Assembly: GCA_012516075.1 (NCBI GenBank)
Contig: JAAYXE010000093.1
Span: forward strand, 879-64,878
Direction: 5' to 3'
Length of the DNA stretch: 64,000 nt
Source of the DNA: Chloroflexota bacterium
Lineage (GTDB): Bacteria; Chloroflexota; Anaerolineae; Anaerolineales; UBA4823
The notes under the pieces are model-generated. The model searched no databases. It was given only the letters and a program-made list of their open reading frames with translations, and had not been told where the DNA came from. The translations under genes were made by a program, and so were the position numbers. Below are positions 63,819 to 64,000 of the stretch, piece after piece. The number at the start of each line of letters is the position of its first letter. The first letter of the stretch is position 1.

Positions 63819-64000
63819 ATGAAACTGAAGATGCAGATCGCTCATTTCTTGATCATCGCTGTCGTCCAGGTGATTGCCATATTGTTCCTGGCGTTCTGGC
63901 TGGATGGTTTACTGATCGAATCCATCCCTGCGGCCGCTGCTGTAGCCGCGGCTTATATTCTGGCCCAGGAGTTCTACTGGTGGTTGTTTATCAGCTTCTT
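63819..64000 (+). CDS. Membrane protein, 3'-truncated by the window edge (holin-4/DUF360-like guess)
   Basis: ATG at 63819 and two hydrophobic helices (IAHFLIIAVVQVIAILFLAFWL, AAAAVAAAYILAQEFYWWLFISF). The ORF runs off the window. Confidence 0.5.
   Translation, partial: MKLKMQIAHFLIIAVVQVIAILFLAFWLDGLLIESIPAAAAVAAAYILAQEFYWWLFISF

Noticed and set aside
1-64000. Scan for CRISPR arrays, rRNA, tRNA, IS elements, integrases or prophage genes
   Set aside because: I found no regularly spaced direct repeats, no rRNA/tRNA signatures and no transposase, integrase or recombinase motifs by eye. Absence should be confirmed with tRNAscan-SE, Infernal, CRISPR-finder tools and ISfinder.

Overview
This is a high-GC bacterial chromosomal window, densely coding on both strands. 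The gene content and domain architectures look Chloroflexota-like to me, but I cannot verify that without a database search. (1) 0.9-9.9 kb is an aerobic respiration island. It holds PCuAC, a fused CtaA-CtaB, SURF1, a membrane cupredoxin-like protein, SCO1 and caa3-type oxidase subunits III/IV/I/II. A receiver-like domain lies in frame with subunit II. (2) 10-17.8 kb is housekeeping: FBPase, an F420/LLM oxidoreductase, a nitroreductase, a deacetylase, an O-methyltransferase, PspC and MOSC. It also contains a ~550-nt ORF-free, structure-rich spacer. (3) 17.8-32.6 kb is signalling and ion homeostasis. It holds a zinc-ribbon/cyclase/AAA/TPR giant, a MutS-related ATPase and a GGDEF protein. A SERCA-like P-type ATPase is preceded by what I read as a yybP-ykoY Mn2+ riboswitch. 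A multidomain protein combines a degenerate GspE-like domain with GAF and PP2C. (4) 32.6-41 kb is the most unusual block. A 1475-aa orphan protein of visibly lower GC is flanked by AT-rich spacers. It is transcribed divergently from a SARP(BTAD)-NB-ARC gene that is followed by an overlapping TPR gene, that is, a split AfsR-like STAND. (5) 41-45 kb is a copper module: His-rich CPH-type P1B ATPase, cupredoxin lipoprotein and YHS protein. (6) 45-59.6 kb is a 16-gene membrane-bound group 4 [NiFe]-hydrogenase operon with its protease and hypABFCDE. A perfect TGTGA-N6-TCACA site sits at a class II position in front of it. (7) 59.8-64 kb holds membrane proteins, including a paralogous pair with one copy frameshifted. 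I recognised no rRNA, tRNA, CRISPR array, transposase or integrase. Many long ORFs in the six-frame track are antisense or alternate-frame artefacts of high GC content.
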